Of a stretch of DNA of 64,000 nt, positions 1 to 10,012 are shown piece after piece. The notes beneath the pieces are model-generated. The model was not told where the DNA came from, did no database searches, and worked only from the letters and a program-made list of their open reading frames with translations. Position 1 is the stretch's first letter, and each line of letters begins with the position of its first letter. The DNA lies in assembly GCA_001002285.1 (NCBI GenBank), contig LCLX01000003.1, positions 76,915-140,914 on the forward strand, given 5' to 3'. The position numbers and the translations under genes are program-made. This DNA is from Microgenomates group bacterium GW2011_GWC1_46_15 (GTDB lineage Bacteria > Patescibacteriota > Microgenomatia > UBA1400 > UBA12028).

Positions 1-456
1 AGTGTATACGCCAAAGCCGCGGAGTCCGAAAATATGGCGGAATGCCGCGATTAATGAAGCGGTTAATGGGAATAACAAAAGCAAAACAAGAATGTTTGCG
101 GGTACTCCAACGTCCACCGCACGACGGATCGCAAACTGCACAATAGTCAATGGAGAAAGCGGCTGGCGCGGTTGCTGATCAAGATATGCCGCAAGTTTGC
201 TCTTTACTTGGCTCGACGGCTGAGTAATATCTTTTTCTTGTTTTTGTTGAATTTTTTGTTCAATTTCTGCCGAACTTGTTGCATTCGCAGACGATGTTGC
301 AGTCAGCGTAAAGGAGGATGACGTCGCGGTCAGTGGTGTTGGGCGGGATGATGGATTGGACGTAACCGCGTGAACAGCCTGGGGAAACACTATGATGCTA
401 CTGAGCACAATACATCCCACAATGCCGGAAATCACACCGTTCCACATTCTTTTCAT
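1..456 (-). CDS. 7TM transglutaminase-associated-type membrane protein (partial, runs off window)
   Basis: Manual translation MKRMWNGVISG...VPANILVLLLLFPLTASLIAAFRHIFGLRGFGVYT; the RHxxGLRGFGxY motif resembles the 7TM_transglut family. Confidence 0.65.
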   Translation of the reverse strand, partial: MKRMWNGVISGIVGCIVLSSIIVFPQAVHAVTSNPSSRPTPLTATSSSFTLTATSSANATSSAEIEQKIQQKQEKDITQPSSQVKSKLAAYLDQQPRQPLSPLTIVQFAIRRAVDVGVPANILVLLLLFPLTASLIAAFRHIFGLRGFGVYT

Positions 457-509
457 GAGGATAGTATACCTGCGCATCATCGCATTGTCTGCTGGTTATT
501 TATGCAATA

Positions 510-1412
510 TTACAGCTCCGCTTGCACAATAGGCTCTATGTCGGTATAGCTGTATGCACCATTAAATCTTTTCGTATTCACAAAAAATCCCGGTGTCCCA
601 TTGATATCGAACCCGGACTCTCCACCAAGTGTGGTATCTGTAGCTAACTGATCCTTATATTTCCCGCTATCAAGACAGTTCTTCATGTCTGTCGGATTCA
701 TCGCAGATTTAAGAAAATCAGCAAGTTCTTTGGATTTTGACGTGTCATTTTTTACAATGGGACCCGTGGTTGGTTTTCCAGTTGGATCGGTTCCGTTCAG
801 AATTTCATACCCCGCTTTACCCATAAGAAGATCGTGTGCTGCCCAAAACTTTCCTTTTTCCTGTGCACAATAGAGAGCCATTGTTCCCATTTCACCATTG
901 CCGTGTCCCGGGGAATATATCCACACAAACGCGGCCTTGCCTTGGTCAACAAGTTTCCGCATTTCTGGAACTGGAGGAACATAGCTCCCACCCTGGCTCT
1001 TTACTTGAAACTGGACGTCAGCAGACTGATTGAGCTCGAGATTTTCTCCCCCCGCGATGTGGCAGTACGGGCAACTTGGGTCGGAAAACTCAACAAATAC
1101 AACTTTTTTATTTGCGTCACCAAACCGAATTGTGTTCCCACTGAACAATTTTTTTATTTGATCAGCTGTAATTTGTTTCGTTCCCCGCTTCGTCGCCTGC
1201 TGTGGAGTTCCAGCATCCGTTGTCCCCGTTGTTCCTGCTGTCGTTGCCGCACCTCCAACACCCTTTTTGAGATACCGTACTTCTGTTGAGAGTACACCAA
1301 TTAAAAATGCCGCGATAATAATGAGGACTGTACTGAAGTTTTTGAAGATGACATCAAAAGAGCCGCGGAGCGCTCCTCCAACATTCGGTTTTTCTGTCTT
1401 TATGTCTTTCAT
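510..1412 (-). CDS. DsbA/thioredoxin-fold membrane-anchored oxidoreductase
   Basis: EFSDPSCPYC and GTPGFFVN motifs, N-terminal TM helix; GGAGGAG RBS before ATG 1412. Confidence 0.85.
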   Translation of the reverse strand: MKDIKTEKPNVGGALRGSFDVIFKNFSTVLIIIAAFLIGVLSTEVRYLKKGVGGAATTAGTTGTTDAGTPQQATKRGTKQITADQIKKLFSGNTIRFGDANKKVVFVEFSDPSCPYCHIAGGENLELNQSADVQFQVKSQGGSYVPPVPEMRKLVDQGKAAFVWIYSPGHGNGEMGTMALYCAQEKGKFWAAHDLLMGKAGYEILNGTDPTGKPTTGPIVKNDTSKSKELADFLKSAMNPTDMKNCLDSGKYKDQLATDTTLGGESGFDINGTPGFFVNTKRFNGAYSYTDIEPIVQAEL

Positions 1413-1460
1413 TTCTCCTCCGTATGTGCAGTTTACTGTAGCAGGGCGCACGCGGGTTGT

Positions 1461-2729
1461 CTATCTCCCTCGTAGAATCATCGCATCCACCACGCGTTTC
1501 ACTGCGTTCACATATGCCGCTAACCGCAAATGGACGTTTTTCTTCTCATGCATGTCCCACATGTGGTTGAACGCATCAACCATGAGGGGCTCGAGCTTTG
1601 CAAATACTTCTTTCTTTGTCCAGGCGTAGCCGTACAGATTCTGTACCCACTCAAAGTATGAAACTGTTACACCGCCAGCATTTGAAAGCACATCCGGCAC
1701 CGAGAGAATGTGTTTCTTCCATAAAATTTCGTCGGCTTCTGGTGTCACAGGGCCGTTTGCCATTTCAACAATCGCCTTCGCGTGAACACGGCCGGCGTTT
1801 TCTGCGGTGATCACGTTTTCCAACGCGGCCGGAACGAGCACGTCAACCGGCAGCTCGAGTAATTCTGCATTGCTTACTGATCGTGTTCCAGTAAACCCCG
1901 CAATGCTTCCCATTTTTTTCTTGTGTGCCATCACCGCGTCTATATTCAATCCTTTTTTCATGTCGTTCGACACGATACCACCGCGACTATCGGAGACCGC
2001 GACAACATTAAATCCAAGTTCTGCTGCAAGTTTTGCAAACCAATATCCCACGTTTCCCAACCCTTGTACCGCAACCGTTGTCTGTGCTGGTTTCAGTTGT
2101 AACTTTTTAGCCAACTGCTCTAACACGCGCACACCGCCCTTCCCTGTTGCTTCTTCGCGTCCGAGTGAACCACCTATTTCCAACGGCTTCCCAGTAAATA
2201 CGCCTGGTTCGTGTCGGCCGATGATTTTTTCATACTCATCGAGCATCCACGCCATAATTTGACCCGTTGTGTTCACATCCGGCGCCGGAACGTCTTTCCA
2301 CACGCCAATGTACGGGGTAATCGCGCGCGCGTACGCGCGGCTCAACCGCTCCACCTCACCTTTTGATAGTTTGGATGGATCAACAATAATGCCACCTTTT
2401 GCACCGCCGTATGGAATTCCGGTGGTCGCACACTTCCACGTCATCCACATAGAAAGCGCCTTCACTTCTTCTACACTTACGTTGTAGTGATACCGGATTC
2501 CACCTTTAAACGGACCCCGCGCGTCGTTGTGCTGGCTACGAAATGCTTTAAATTTTTGTGTTTTCCCATTGTCCATTTTAATAGACAACTCAACTTGTAC
2601 AAGATTCTGCGGAGTCATCAATGTTTGAATCACCGCGCGGAATACTTTCTTATCCCCATACTGCGGCTCCAACAAACTCGCCGCCTGGCGAAGTTGTTCT
2701 TGGGCATTTAAAAATGGATTATTCAGCAT
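1461..2729 (-). CDS. gdhA: Glutamate dehydrogenase (Glu/Leu/Phe/Val dehydrogenase family)
   Basis: GPFKGGIRYH, GGAKGG, DVPAPDV, GLGNVG, NAGGVTVSYFEW motifs. Confidence 0.95.
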   Translation of the reverse strand: MLNNPFLNAQEQLRQAASLLEPQYGDKKVFRAVIQTLMTPQNLVQVELSIKMDNGKTQKFKAFRSQHNDARGPFKGGIRYHYNVSVEEVKALSMWMTWKCATTGIPYGGAKGGIIVDPSKLSKGEVERLSRAYARAITPYIGVWKDVPAPDVNTTGQIMAWMLDEYEKIIGRHEPGVFTGKPLEIGGSLGREEATGKGGVRVLEQLAKKLQLKPAQTTVAVQGLGNVGYWFAKLAAELGFNVVAVSDSRGGIVSNDMKKGLNIDAVMAHKKKMGSIAGFTGTRSVSNAELLELPVDVLVPAALENVITAENAGRVHAKAIVEMANGPVTPEADEILWKKHILSVPDVLSNAGGVTVSYFEWVQNLYGYAWTKKEVFAKLEPLMVDAFNHMWDMHEKKNVHLRLAAYVNAVKRVVDAMILRGR

Positions 2730-2743
2730 ACGATCCTTCCTTT

Positions 2744-3736
2744 TTATGATTGATCTTTACTTTCCTCAAGCCACTTTTCAATATCCAGCGCCGCCATCGT
2801 TCCATATCCCGCGGCCGTAATCGCTTGCTTGTACTTAAAATCAACTACATCGCCCGCCGCAAACACACCATCCACCGACGTCATTGTGAGGTACGGGACC
2901 ATTCCATCTTTGACTGCTTTGGTCGCCAAATCTAGACTTTTTTGCTCAAGCACAAACCGCGTAACAATAAATCCTTTTTCGTCGAGTTCAATCGCGTTTT
3001 TCACAAAATCGGTTGCCGGCTTGTGCCCAATTGCAACAAACACGCCATCAGCGGGAAGCTCCTGCTCTTTTTTCGCGTTCATATCAACAAGAACAATGCT
3101 TGTTACTTTGGAATCGCCCTTAATTTCTTTTACTCCGCTGTTCCATATCACGTTCACTTTTGGATGCTTGAGGACGCGCTCCTGCATGATTTTGCTTGCG
3201 CGGAAACTGTCGCGCCGGTGCACCACCGTGACCGAATCGGCAAACTTTGTGAGTGCCAACGTGTCCTCCATCGCAGAGTCGCCGCCGCCAATCACAAATG
3301 TTTTTTTGCCTTTGAAAAATGCCGCATCGCACACTGCGCACGTCGAAACCCCACGGCCCACAAACTTGTCTTCGCCGGGAACGTTCAACCAAACAGACTC
3401 CGCACCCGTTGTCATTAAGACCGCTTGCGCCTGGTATTCTTCTCCACCTGCCGTTATACGAAATGGCTTGTGTGAAAAATCAACACGTTCAACATTGAGA
3501 TCTTTCACCCGCGCGCCAAATCGCTCAGCCTGCTTGCGCATGTCGGCCATAAGCTGGGGGCCAAGAATACCTTGCGGAAATCCGGGATAGTTTTCAATCT
3601 CTGTGGTAAGCATGAGTTGGCCGCCGCTTTTTTCACCAGCAAACACAAGTGGGTTAAGCTGGGCACGGGCCAAGTACGTTGCCGCCGCCCATCCTGCGGG
3701 ACCCGAACCAATAATAATGACGTGTTCTGTGTTCAT
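2744..3736 (-). CDS. trxB: Thioredoxin-disulfide reductase
   Basis: GSGPAG, CAVCD redox motif, GGGDSA, HRRDSFRAS. Confidence 0.95.
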   Translation of the reverse strand: MNTEHVIIIGSGPAGWAAATYLARAQLNPLVFAGEKSGGQLMLTTEIENYPGFPQGILGPQLMADMRKQAERFGARVKDLNVERVDFSHKPFRITAGGEEYQAQAVLMTTGAESVWLNVPGEDKFVGRGVSTCAVCDAAFFKGKKTFVIGGGDSAMEDTLALTKFADSVTVVHRRDSFRASKIMQERVLKHPKVNVIWNSGVKEIKGDSKVTSIVLVDMNAKKEQELPADGVFVAIGHKPATDFVKNAIELDEKGFIVTRFVLEQKSLDLATKAVKDGMVPYLTMTSVDGVFAAGDVVDFKYKQAITAAGYGTMAALDIEKWLEESKDQS

Positions 3737-3742
3737 ATCTTC

Positions 3743-4318
3743 TTATCCTGTTTTATCATATTTTTTGATGAGCGCATCCAGTTTTTTAGAAACAGAAAGC
3801 TCCTTCACCATCGGCAAAAGTCCCTTCACACTTGGAGGAACTGGGAGTTTTTCGGACATACTTGATTGTGTAAGCTCGTCCACATCAAAAAATCGCACTT
3901 CATCTGCTTCAGTATTGTTAAAGTTCGGAAACGGACCATTATGTACTCCGACGTACATCGACCAGAACTCTGTTTCGCCATCGGATGGTTCAATAAATTT
4001 TTTGAATGGAGCAAGAGGAAACGATGTGCCAAGTTCTTCTATCATTTCGCGTTTTACCGTTGCACTATATGTATCTCCGCTGTGCACATGCCCACCGACT
4101 GAAAACACCCAATACCCAGGGAATGTATCTTTTGTTTTGCTCCGTTTTTGCATGAGTAGCTGCTTTTTTGTATTGAAGACGAGCACACCAACGGCGCGAT
4201 GAATAAGCGACGGGTCGTGATGCACCTGTTGACGCGTCGCCTGCCCAATAACACGATCTTGTTTATCAACAACATCAAACAGTTCTCCTTGATCGTCTGT
4301 GGTATTTAGGTTGTACAT
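3743..4318 (-). CDS. NUDIX hydrolase (IDI/YfcD-like)
   Basis: HRAVGV..LLMQKRS..KDTFPG..GGHV..REMIEELG Nudix box. Confidence 0.8.
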   Translation of the reverse strand: MYNLNTTDDQGELFDVVDKQDRVIGQATRQQVHHDPSLIHRAVGVLVFNTKKQLLMQKRSKTKDTFPGYWVFSVGGHVHSGDTYSATVKREMIEELGTSFPLAPFKKFIEPSDGETEFWSMYVGVHNGPFPNFNNTEADEVRFFDVDELTQSSMSEKLPVPPSVKGLLPMVKELSVSKKLDALIKKYDKTG

Positions 4319-4322
4319 ACTG

Positions 4323-4646
4323 TTACGCCGTTGCCTTTGCGATGAGATCACGGTATCCCTTTTCTCCACCAAATCCCACTTTGCGGTCAAGTTCCGCGCC
4401 TTTGTTGAACAAAATCACCGTTGGAATGCTCATAACGCCATATTTTTGCGGAGTTTCGCCATTCGCATCAACATCCATTTTGACGATGGTTACTTTTCCT
4501 TTGAGTTCTTCAGAAAGCGCGTCGAGTACGGGCGCCGCCATTTTGCATGGACCGCACCACTCGGCATAAAAATCAACAAGCGCAGGCTTGTCGCTTTCAA
4601 GAACAAGTTTCTGAAAATCTGCATCGGATATGTGTTGTGCTGGCAT
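4323..4646 (-). CDS. trxA: Thioredoxin
   Basis: WCGPC motif, SIPT cis-Pro loop. Confidence 0.95.
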   Translation of the reverse strand: MPAQHISDADFQKLVLESDKPALVDFYAEWCGPCKMAAPVLDALSEELKGKVTIVKMDVDANGETPQKYGVMSIPTVILFNKGAELDRKVGFGGEKGYRDLIAKATA

Positions 4647-4672
4647 GAGCCCCCCTTATTATGTTGATACGA

Positions 4673-4915
4673 TTACGATCCTAAAGAAAACAACTGTTTG
4701 AGAATAGCATCAAATTGATCTTTTTTCGCTGAAGAACGAGAGCACCGCACTGCCTCGTTGGTTAAAAAATCTTTCCCGATTTTTCCCAATGCGTTGCGGG
4801 CGGCAAGAATTTGCTGAACGACATCGAGACAGTCGCGGTCTTCGTTCATCATGCGCGCAATGGCATCTACTTGACCGCGGACTTTATTGAGTTGTTGTGT
4901 GAGTTGTGTCGACAT
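4673..4915 (-). CDS. CsoR/RcnR/CstR family transcriptional repressor
   Basis: GQVDAIARMM..DCLDVVQQILAARNAL helix-bundle signature, two Cys. Confidence 0.85.
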   Translation of the reverse strand: MSTQLTQQLNKVRGQVDAIARMMNEDRDCLDVVQQILAARNALGKIGKDFLTNEAVRCSRSSAKKDQFDAILKQLFSLGS

Positions 4916-4925
4916 ACGTATAGTA

Positions 4926-4940
4926 TACTCCCCCCCAGTA
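4926..4940. promoter_or_regulatory. CsoR/RcnR-type operator TACT-C7-AGTA
   Basis: TACT/AGTA inverted repeat around a 7-nt C/G tract, overlapping the -10 TATACT of the repressor gene. Confidence 0.8.
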
Positions 4941-4946
4941 CCAAGA

Positions 4947-4976
4947 ACTATACACTACACAAAAGGAATGTGTCAA
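4947..4976 (-). promoter_or_regulatory. Sigma70 promoter upstream of the repressor-trx operon
   Basis: TTGACA-N18-TATAGT on the minus strand. Confidence 0.55.
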
Positions 4977-4986
4977 GTTCTGGCGT

Positions 4987-5311
4987 TTATAACTGAATAA
5001 GATTCATAGAAATGGAGCAATTTTCTGGAAGATGAACTTCGTGGATATGCAAAATATACTTGCCGTCTGGGAGTACATTTATCACTACAATCCCATACGC
5101 CCTACCCTCGTGTAGAATACACACTCTTCCCAAATTTTCCCGTCGGACAAGTTGAGTAAATTTCGGGTGTCGTGGATCAATGGTAATTTCAGTCGGAGTT
5201 ATAAGAATTAAGAGGTTTATTGGGAGCAACATCTTGCCGACCAATCTCGCTACCAAAACCCGGGTTAATCCCATCATGACGTGAAACACTTGTGTCTACT
5301 GTAATAGACAT
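4987..5311 (-). pseudogene. Hypothetical protein, possibly frameshifted
   Basis: GGAG RBS and ATG 5311 open a 40-aa ORF ending 5189; an overlapping second frame continues to 4987. Confidence 0.3.
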
Positions 5312-5319
5312 ACACACTC

Positions 5320-6096
5320 CTATACTACTAATGCTACACCCATCGTCAATAAGACCAATCCTATTGCCAGCTTCATCCACTTTTCCGCGTGGTGTTCCCA
5401 CTCCTTGAGTTGGATGATTTTGCGCGCCCGCCAGACCAAAATCAACACAACAATGAGTGGTAAAACGAATAAAAAGTTGTAGTACAAAAAGTAGCCGACA
5501 ATCAACGCGAGTGGCAAACCAGACTGTGCAAGAATTGTCGCGGTGCCAACGTAAATCGGCAGACTACACGGTGTTTCCAACAGTGTCACAAAAAATCCTA
5601 ACGTGATTGTCGCGGGTAACGTCGCCTTCTCTACTAACGGCATGAGGCGGGTTTTGCTCGCAGTCGGAATTCTCAAATGAATCGGCCATTCGGGCTTGAA
5701 AAAATCCTTGATTTGAATTGCTCCCGCGATTAACAAAAGAACACCAAGAATGGGATTAAACCACGAGCGAAACACATGAAGATCGAGTTGTGCGATCGAT
5801 GAATAAAACAACAAACCTACCGTTAAGTATGTGAGAAATACCGTAAGAATGTACGTTAACCCTATTGTAAGAACACGGCTCGACACATCTTTTTTGTTCT
5901 GTTTACCAAATACGAGGAGATACCCAAGCAAAAGGACCATCATGCCGATCGCGCACGGATTAATGCCGTCAACTAGGCCGGCAATGGTAATAAGCGGAAA
6001 ACTGACCAAACCACCTTGTGTGGAGAGCCAACATGCGACGCGGGTGCACGTTGGTGTAGCGAGCGCGAGTGCTGAAGAAGCGAGAAGCGTAGACAT
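5320..6096 (-). CDS. CcdA/DsbD-like thiol-disulfide transmembrane electron transporter
   Basis: DGINPCA and ETPCSLP Cys-Pro motifs in a multi-TM protein. Confidence 0.75.
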   Translation of the reverse strand: MSTLLASSALALATPTCTRVACWLSTQGGLVSFPLITIAGLVDGINPCAIGMMVLLLGYLLVFGKQNKKDVSSRVLTIGLTYILTVFLTYLTVGLLFYSSIAQLDLHVFRSWFNPILGVLLLIAGAIQIKDFFKPEWPIHLRIPTASKTRLMPLVEKATLPATITLGFFVTLLETPCSLPIYVGTATILAQSGLPLALIVGYFLYYNFLFVLPLIVVLILVWRARKIIQLKEWEHHAEKWMKLAIGLVLLTMGVALVV

Positions 6097-6105
6097 TCCC
6101 CCATC

Positions 6106-6561
6106 TTACTTCCATTCAACAGAATCGCCAAGGTGGATATTGTGCTGATCAATAAAACCCGCAGGAATTTCAAGAACGTGTGTAACAGACGAGTTTGGTG
6201 TGTGCGTTGCAAGCGGTGGCGAAATTGGAACATTCCGTGTTAAATCAACAATACTTCCATTGCGAATCCAGATGAAATCTAATGGGAAACGCATATCTTT
6301 CATCCAAAATGCCGGCTTCATTTCCTGCGGAAGAATAAATAACATTCCATCAGAACCTCGTGTGTCGCGATTACTTAACCCTTGTTCAATTTCTTGCGAT
6401 GTTTGCGCGAGCTCAACACGAAGAGAAATGGGTTGAGACTGTTCGCCACGCGTCGTGATGGTAAGGCTTGCAAATCGTTTTTGCGTACCACGGCTCCAAA
6501 CACTGATAAAAACAAAAAGAATAACGCAGAGTGCTGCCACTTTAAAAAGACGGTGTTTCAT
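6106..6561 (-). CDS. DUF192 family protein
   Basis: GLSNR..GMLF..FWMKDMRFPLDFIWI..VLEIPAG. Confidence 0.85.
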   Translation of the reverse strand: MKHRLFKVAALCVILFVFISVWSRGTQKRFASLTITTRGEQSQPISLRVELAQTSQEIEQGLSNRDTRGSDGMLFILPQEMKPAFWMKDMRFPLDFIWIRNGSIVDLTRNVPISPPLATHTPNSSVTHVLEIPAGFIDQHNIHLGDSVEWK

Positions 6562-7319
6562 GTGTTCTTTCTCCAATTGTTCCGCGTGATCAGCCATATG
6601 CCACTCACCGCAATAAGACTTACACTCACCCACTGCGCCGGCGTATATATCCCAATCAATGGAGCTTCAAGCCTCAAAAAATCAAGAAAGAACCGGACAA
6701 CTCCATAACTCACGAGATACCACGCAAAAACGCGACCACTCCCAATCGTTTTATATGCATGACGGCCCACGTAGTTCCATAACACAATCCAAATAACCAC
6801 CATCGCGAGACTTTCATACAAAAAAAGCGGATGGTAGTACATGATACGCTCATACCCGGGAAAGCGATGCGAGACATCAATAAAAATTTTCCATGGAAGC
6901 GTTGTCGGCAAACCATACAATTCCTGATTCACAAAGTTTCCCCATCGGCCAATTGCTTGCCCCAATGGCAAACCAAGCGCGATGAGATCGAGATATGTCG
7001 GTAATACAGTAAGTTTTTTTTTCTTTGCCCAAAGGAACAACGCGGAAGCGATAACGGCTCCAACAACCGCTCCAAAAATTCCCAGACCTCCGTTCCATAC
7101 TGCAATCAATGCAAAAAAGTTAGAACCAACATAGCTTGGCCAATCAGTGATGAGATGATAGACACGCGCGCCAATCAACCCGCCCACAAAAACCCAAACC
7201 GCCAACGATTCTATGTCTTTTTCTAAAGTTTTATTGATATGCGACGCAGCGCGTTGGGCAACACCAATCCCCGTAACAATTCCCAACCCAAGAATAATGC
7301 CGTATGGATGAATGATCAT
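6558..7319 (-). CDS. lgt: Prolipoprotein diacylglyceryl transferase
   Basis: GARVYH, GQAIGRWGNFVNQELYG, HPLFLYE. Confidence 0.93.
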   Translation of the reverse strand: MIIHPYGIILGLGIVTGIGVAQRAASHINKTLEKDIESLAVWVFVGGLIGARVYHLITDWPSYVGSNFFALIAVWNGGLGIFGAVVGAVIASALFLWAKKKKLTVLPTYLDLIALGLPLGQAIGRWGNFVNQELYGLPTTLPWKIFIDVSHRFPGYERIMYYHPLFLYESLAMVVIWIVLWNYVGRHAYKTIGSGRVFAWYLVSYGVVRFFLDFLRLEAPLIGIYTPAQWVSVSLIAVSGIWLITRNNWRKNT

Positions 7320-7323
7320 AGAT

Positions 7324-7785
7324 TTACAGGACAAGTATCGCAGCACCGCCGGTCACAAAAAGTAACGCTATCACACCAAGCGCCATCGCCCGGATTGTTG
7401 AATCTTTTACTTCAGCAGATAAATCCCAAAAAAATGTTTTCCGCAAAAGAGCGGGGGTATTGAGAAGGGACAACATCACTAACACGCTGTGAAGTTCTAG
7501 TCCAATCAACACACCAAATCCCTCTGCAGACCGGGTAGACGTCATCACAAAAATTGATATTAATACAAGCGCTCCAAAAAACACCGCCCGCCGGTGAACA
7601 AGCCGGATTGTTTTTCCTAACCGCTCAACTTCTTTGTATAGTGGAATCAAACGCTTTTCTTTCCACAACCGCCGCGCAGGTGCAGAATCTATTACGAGTT
7701 CATCGCTTTGCAGGGCAAATACCGTTTCAAGAAATGGCAACACATACCCTATCGCGATACCTAGTAATAAAAGAAGTCCCTTCAT
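7324..7785 (-). CDS. Hypothetical membrane protein
   Basis: Several hydrophobic segments; operonic packing. Confidence 0.6.
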   Translation of the reverse strand: MKGLLLLLGIAIGYVLPFLETVFALQSDELVIDSAPARRLWKEKRLIPLYKEVERLGKTIRLVHRRAVFFGALVLISIFVMTSTRSAEGFGVLIGLELHSVLVMLSLLNTPALLRKTFFWDLSAEVKDSTIRAMALGVIALLFVTGGAAILVL

Positions 7786-8144
7786 GGTGTCTCCTTACTG
7801 CCCAACATTGTTTTTCCGCCCTGCCGCGCACGGCGGATCTCAGCAACTTTCCACATAAACAGTTTTCCCTTGCTCCGCGCGTTCGCATCCAACACAAAAC
7901 TTCTCGCCTGTTCTAGTATAGATCGGTCAACCGTTTTTGCCATCTTGATGTACAACGACGTGTGCGCTTCATCGTTTAACTCACGCGACAAACGATACCC
8001 AAAATCCTGAAACTCGCGCGAGATTCTGCCTCCTTTATCGTCCAACGCGAAGTTCTGTAAAACCGATGAAATAGACTGCATCCCGCCACCCCGTTTTGGA
8101 CGGGCGTCTTCCTTGACCGAAGCTAGCCCCTTACCCCGCTTCAT
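7782..8144 (-). CDS. Conserved hypothetical protein
   Basis: ISREFQDFGYRL..SLYIKMAK..KGKLFMW; overlaps both neighbours; start uncertain. Confidence 0.6.
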   Translation of the reverse strand: MKRGKGLASVKEDARPKRGGGMQSISSVLQNFALDDKGGRISREFQDFGYRLSRELNDEAHTSLYIKMAKTVDRSILEQARSFVLDANARSKGKLFMWKVAEIRRARQGGKTMLGSKETP

Positions 8145-9363
8145 GCGCGCCTCCACCCATTGCAATACTCAACAATATACCAAATCCTGCGAGTAAAAAT
8201 GCACCTGTCCATCCGAATGGAAGGATGAAAAAGAGTATAATAATTGACCAAATACATATTGCCGCAAGTGAGTTTACAACCTCACGGTAGATTTGGATAT
8301 GATACACGTGTTTGCCACGGGATTTACGGAAAAAAACCGTGTCAAAAATGGGCTCATACACCCCGACCGCCAATCGGTCTACGAGGTCAATCGTAATAAT
8401 ATGCCAGACTTGTTGAACAAAAATACGCGCGACCCACAACGCGCTTAATAGACTACTGCATAGAACAAACAGTGTTCTTCCTTTATGCTTTCCCAAATAC
8501 CATCCCATAAAGTATGCGATCACGAGTGAAACAAAAAGAACGAGCGAGTACACATACCCCACCCGCTCTACCGTACCAACAATGAAAAAGATGAAGATGG
8601 GCCAAAGCAAAAATACCGCGTCATCAATGTACTTCCCAATTAATCCCGTTGCTAATCGTTGTGCGGCCGGAAGATGAAGCCACGCAAAAAAATCTTTTAT
8701 CGTGACAACATATGAAAACTTCATTTCATTTCCGAGGAGCACTACTACTGCCGCAAGCAAAAATAATATAGCGCTTGCCAAGTGAAGCATGCGAAATCCT
8801 AAACTCGCCGCGATAATACCGCCAAGCATTGGCATTCCTATACGCACAAGCTTATCCAAAAACGCCAACGCGCCAACGTCTTGTCCCAGGTGTTTCAGTT
8901 CTGCATGCACAACAAACTGTGTGTAGTACGGCACCCAATACAATGTCACCACAAACCCTTCTAATACAGCTGCGAGAACAAGGAACCATGCATTTGTGTT
9001 CGCCATGTATAACGCAAGATACATCCCCATATTTAGGAGATTACCAATGAACATACTTTTTACCAAACCGACCATCCGGATAAAACGTGATAATGGAAAA
9101 ATCGTGACCAATGTAACAAGCCGCATGACAAGAAAAAACGCGCACGTGAGAAAAACCGTTTTTTGCAGATCAGAAACGTGCGCAAAAAAGGAGATGTTGA
9201 AAAATCCAATCGAGTGTATCCGCGTGTACAAATACAACGGGATAAAAAGGCCCGCCATTTGCTGAGCAGCGCCACGCAACAACTGAGCTGAAAACAGCCA
9301 CTTTAATCCTTTTGGAAAAAGCGCGTACTCAACGTGAAGACTGTGATGGAAAAGCCTTTGCAT
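8131..9363 (-). CDS. MFS-type membrane transporter
   Basis: About 12 TM helices, ~410 aa. Confidence 0.7.
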   Translation of the reverse strand: MQRLFHHSLHVEYALFPKGLKWLFSAQLLRGAAQQMAGLFIPLYLYTRIHSIGFFNISFFAHVSDLQKTVFLTCAFFLVMRLVTLVTIFPLSRFIRMVGLVKSMFIGNLLNMGMYLALYMANTNAWFLVLAAVLEGFVVTLYWVPYYTQFVVHAELKHLGQDVGALAFLDKLVRIGMPMLGGIIAASLGFRMLHLASAILFLLAAVVVLLGNEMKFSYVVTIKDFFAWLHLPAAQRLATGLIGKYIDDAVFLLWPIFIFFIVGTVERVGYVYSLVLFVSLVIAYFMGWYLGKHKGRTLFVLCSSLLSALWVARIFVQQVWHIITIDLVDRLAVGVYEPIFDTVFFRKSRGKHVYHIQIYREVVNSLAAICIWSIIILFFILPFGWTGAFLLAGFGILLSIAMGGGAHEAG

Positions 9364-9928
9364 AGATCTCTTGTACCACGCGCTCAATCATGGGAGCAAG
9401 CACGTCGCGCTCCTCTTTCGTGAATGGGGTAAGGACGTATGTTTCACCGGGAATTTTTTCGCTTGCTTGATCCATGTTTTGCGCGTCGTTGAACCGGGAC
9501 TCCGTCCCAATCCGCACGTTCCAAAATTGATCTGTTCCCAACGCTTGAATGATTGAGTTCACCCCATGATGGATTTTTGGATGTTTTCCAAACTGGATTT
9601 TGTACTGGCCAAATGGAATATCAAGATCGTCGTAACACACATACACCGACTGTAGGTTTGGCGCATCTGTTTTTGCAAGTTCTTCTTTATCAAAATACCG
9701 CACGATACCGCCAACCGCCTCCCCGCTTTTATTCATGAAGGCCTGCGGTTTGATAAGAAAAATTCCTTTTCCCATATCCTGCGCCACTTCTGCCTTAAAT
9801 TTTGAGTCATGCTTCCACATAAGTTCCGCTTTTTGTGCGACCGCGTCTGCGATCATAAATCCAACGTTGTGGCGGGTGTGTGTGTATGTTTCCCCCGGGT
9901 TTCCGAGACCAATAATGTATGTGCGCAT
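9329..9928 (-). CDS. pth: Peptidyl-tRNA hydrolase
   Basis: IIGLGNPG..TRHNVGF..FMNKSG..DDLDIPFG. Confidence 0.92.
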   Translation of the reverse strand: MRTYIIGLGNPGETYTHTRHNVGFMIADAVAQKAELMWKHDSKFKAEVAQDMGKGIFLIKPQAFMNKSGEAVGGIVRYFDKEELAKTDAPNLQSVYVCYDDLDIPFGQYKIQFGKHPKIHHGVNSIIQALGTDQFWNVRIGTESRFNDAQNMDQASEKIPGETYVLTPFTKEERDVLAPMIERVVQEIYAKAFPSQSSR

Positions 9929-10012
9929 ATACGCATGATACACGAAAAGGGTAGGTCGGGTCTCTAGGCCTAGAATAATTGGGGCCTCTCTTTTTCGTGA
10001 TAGAATCACACC

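Noticed and set aside
2829-3590. Long antisense ORFs (this one and many similar)
   Set aside because: Shadows of well-supported genes on the opposite strand
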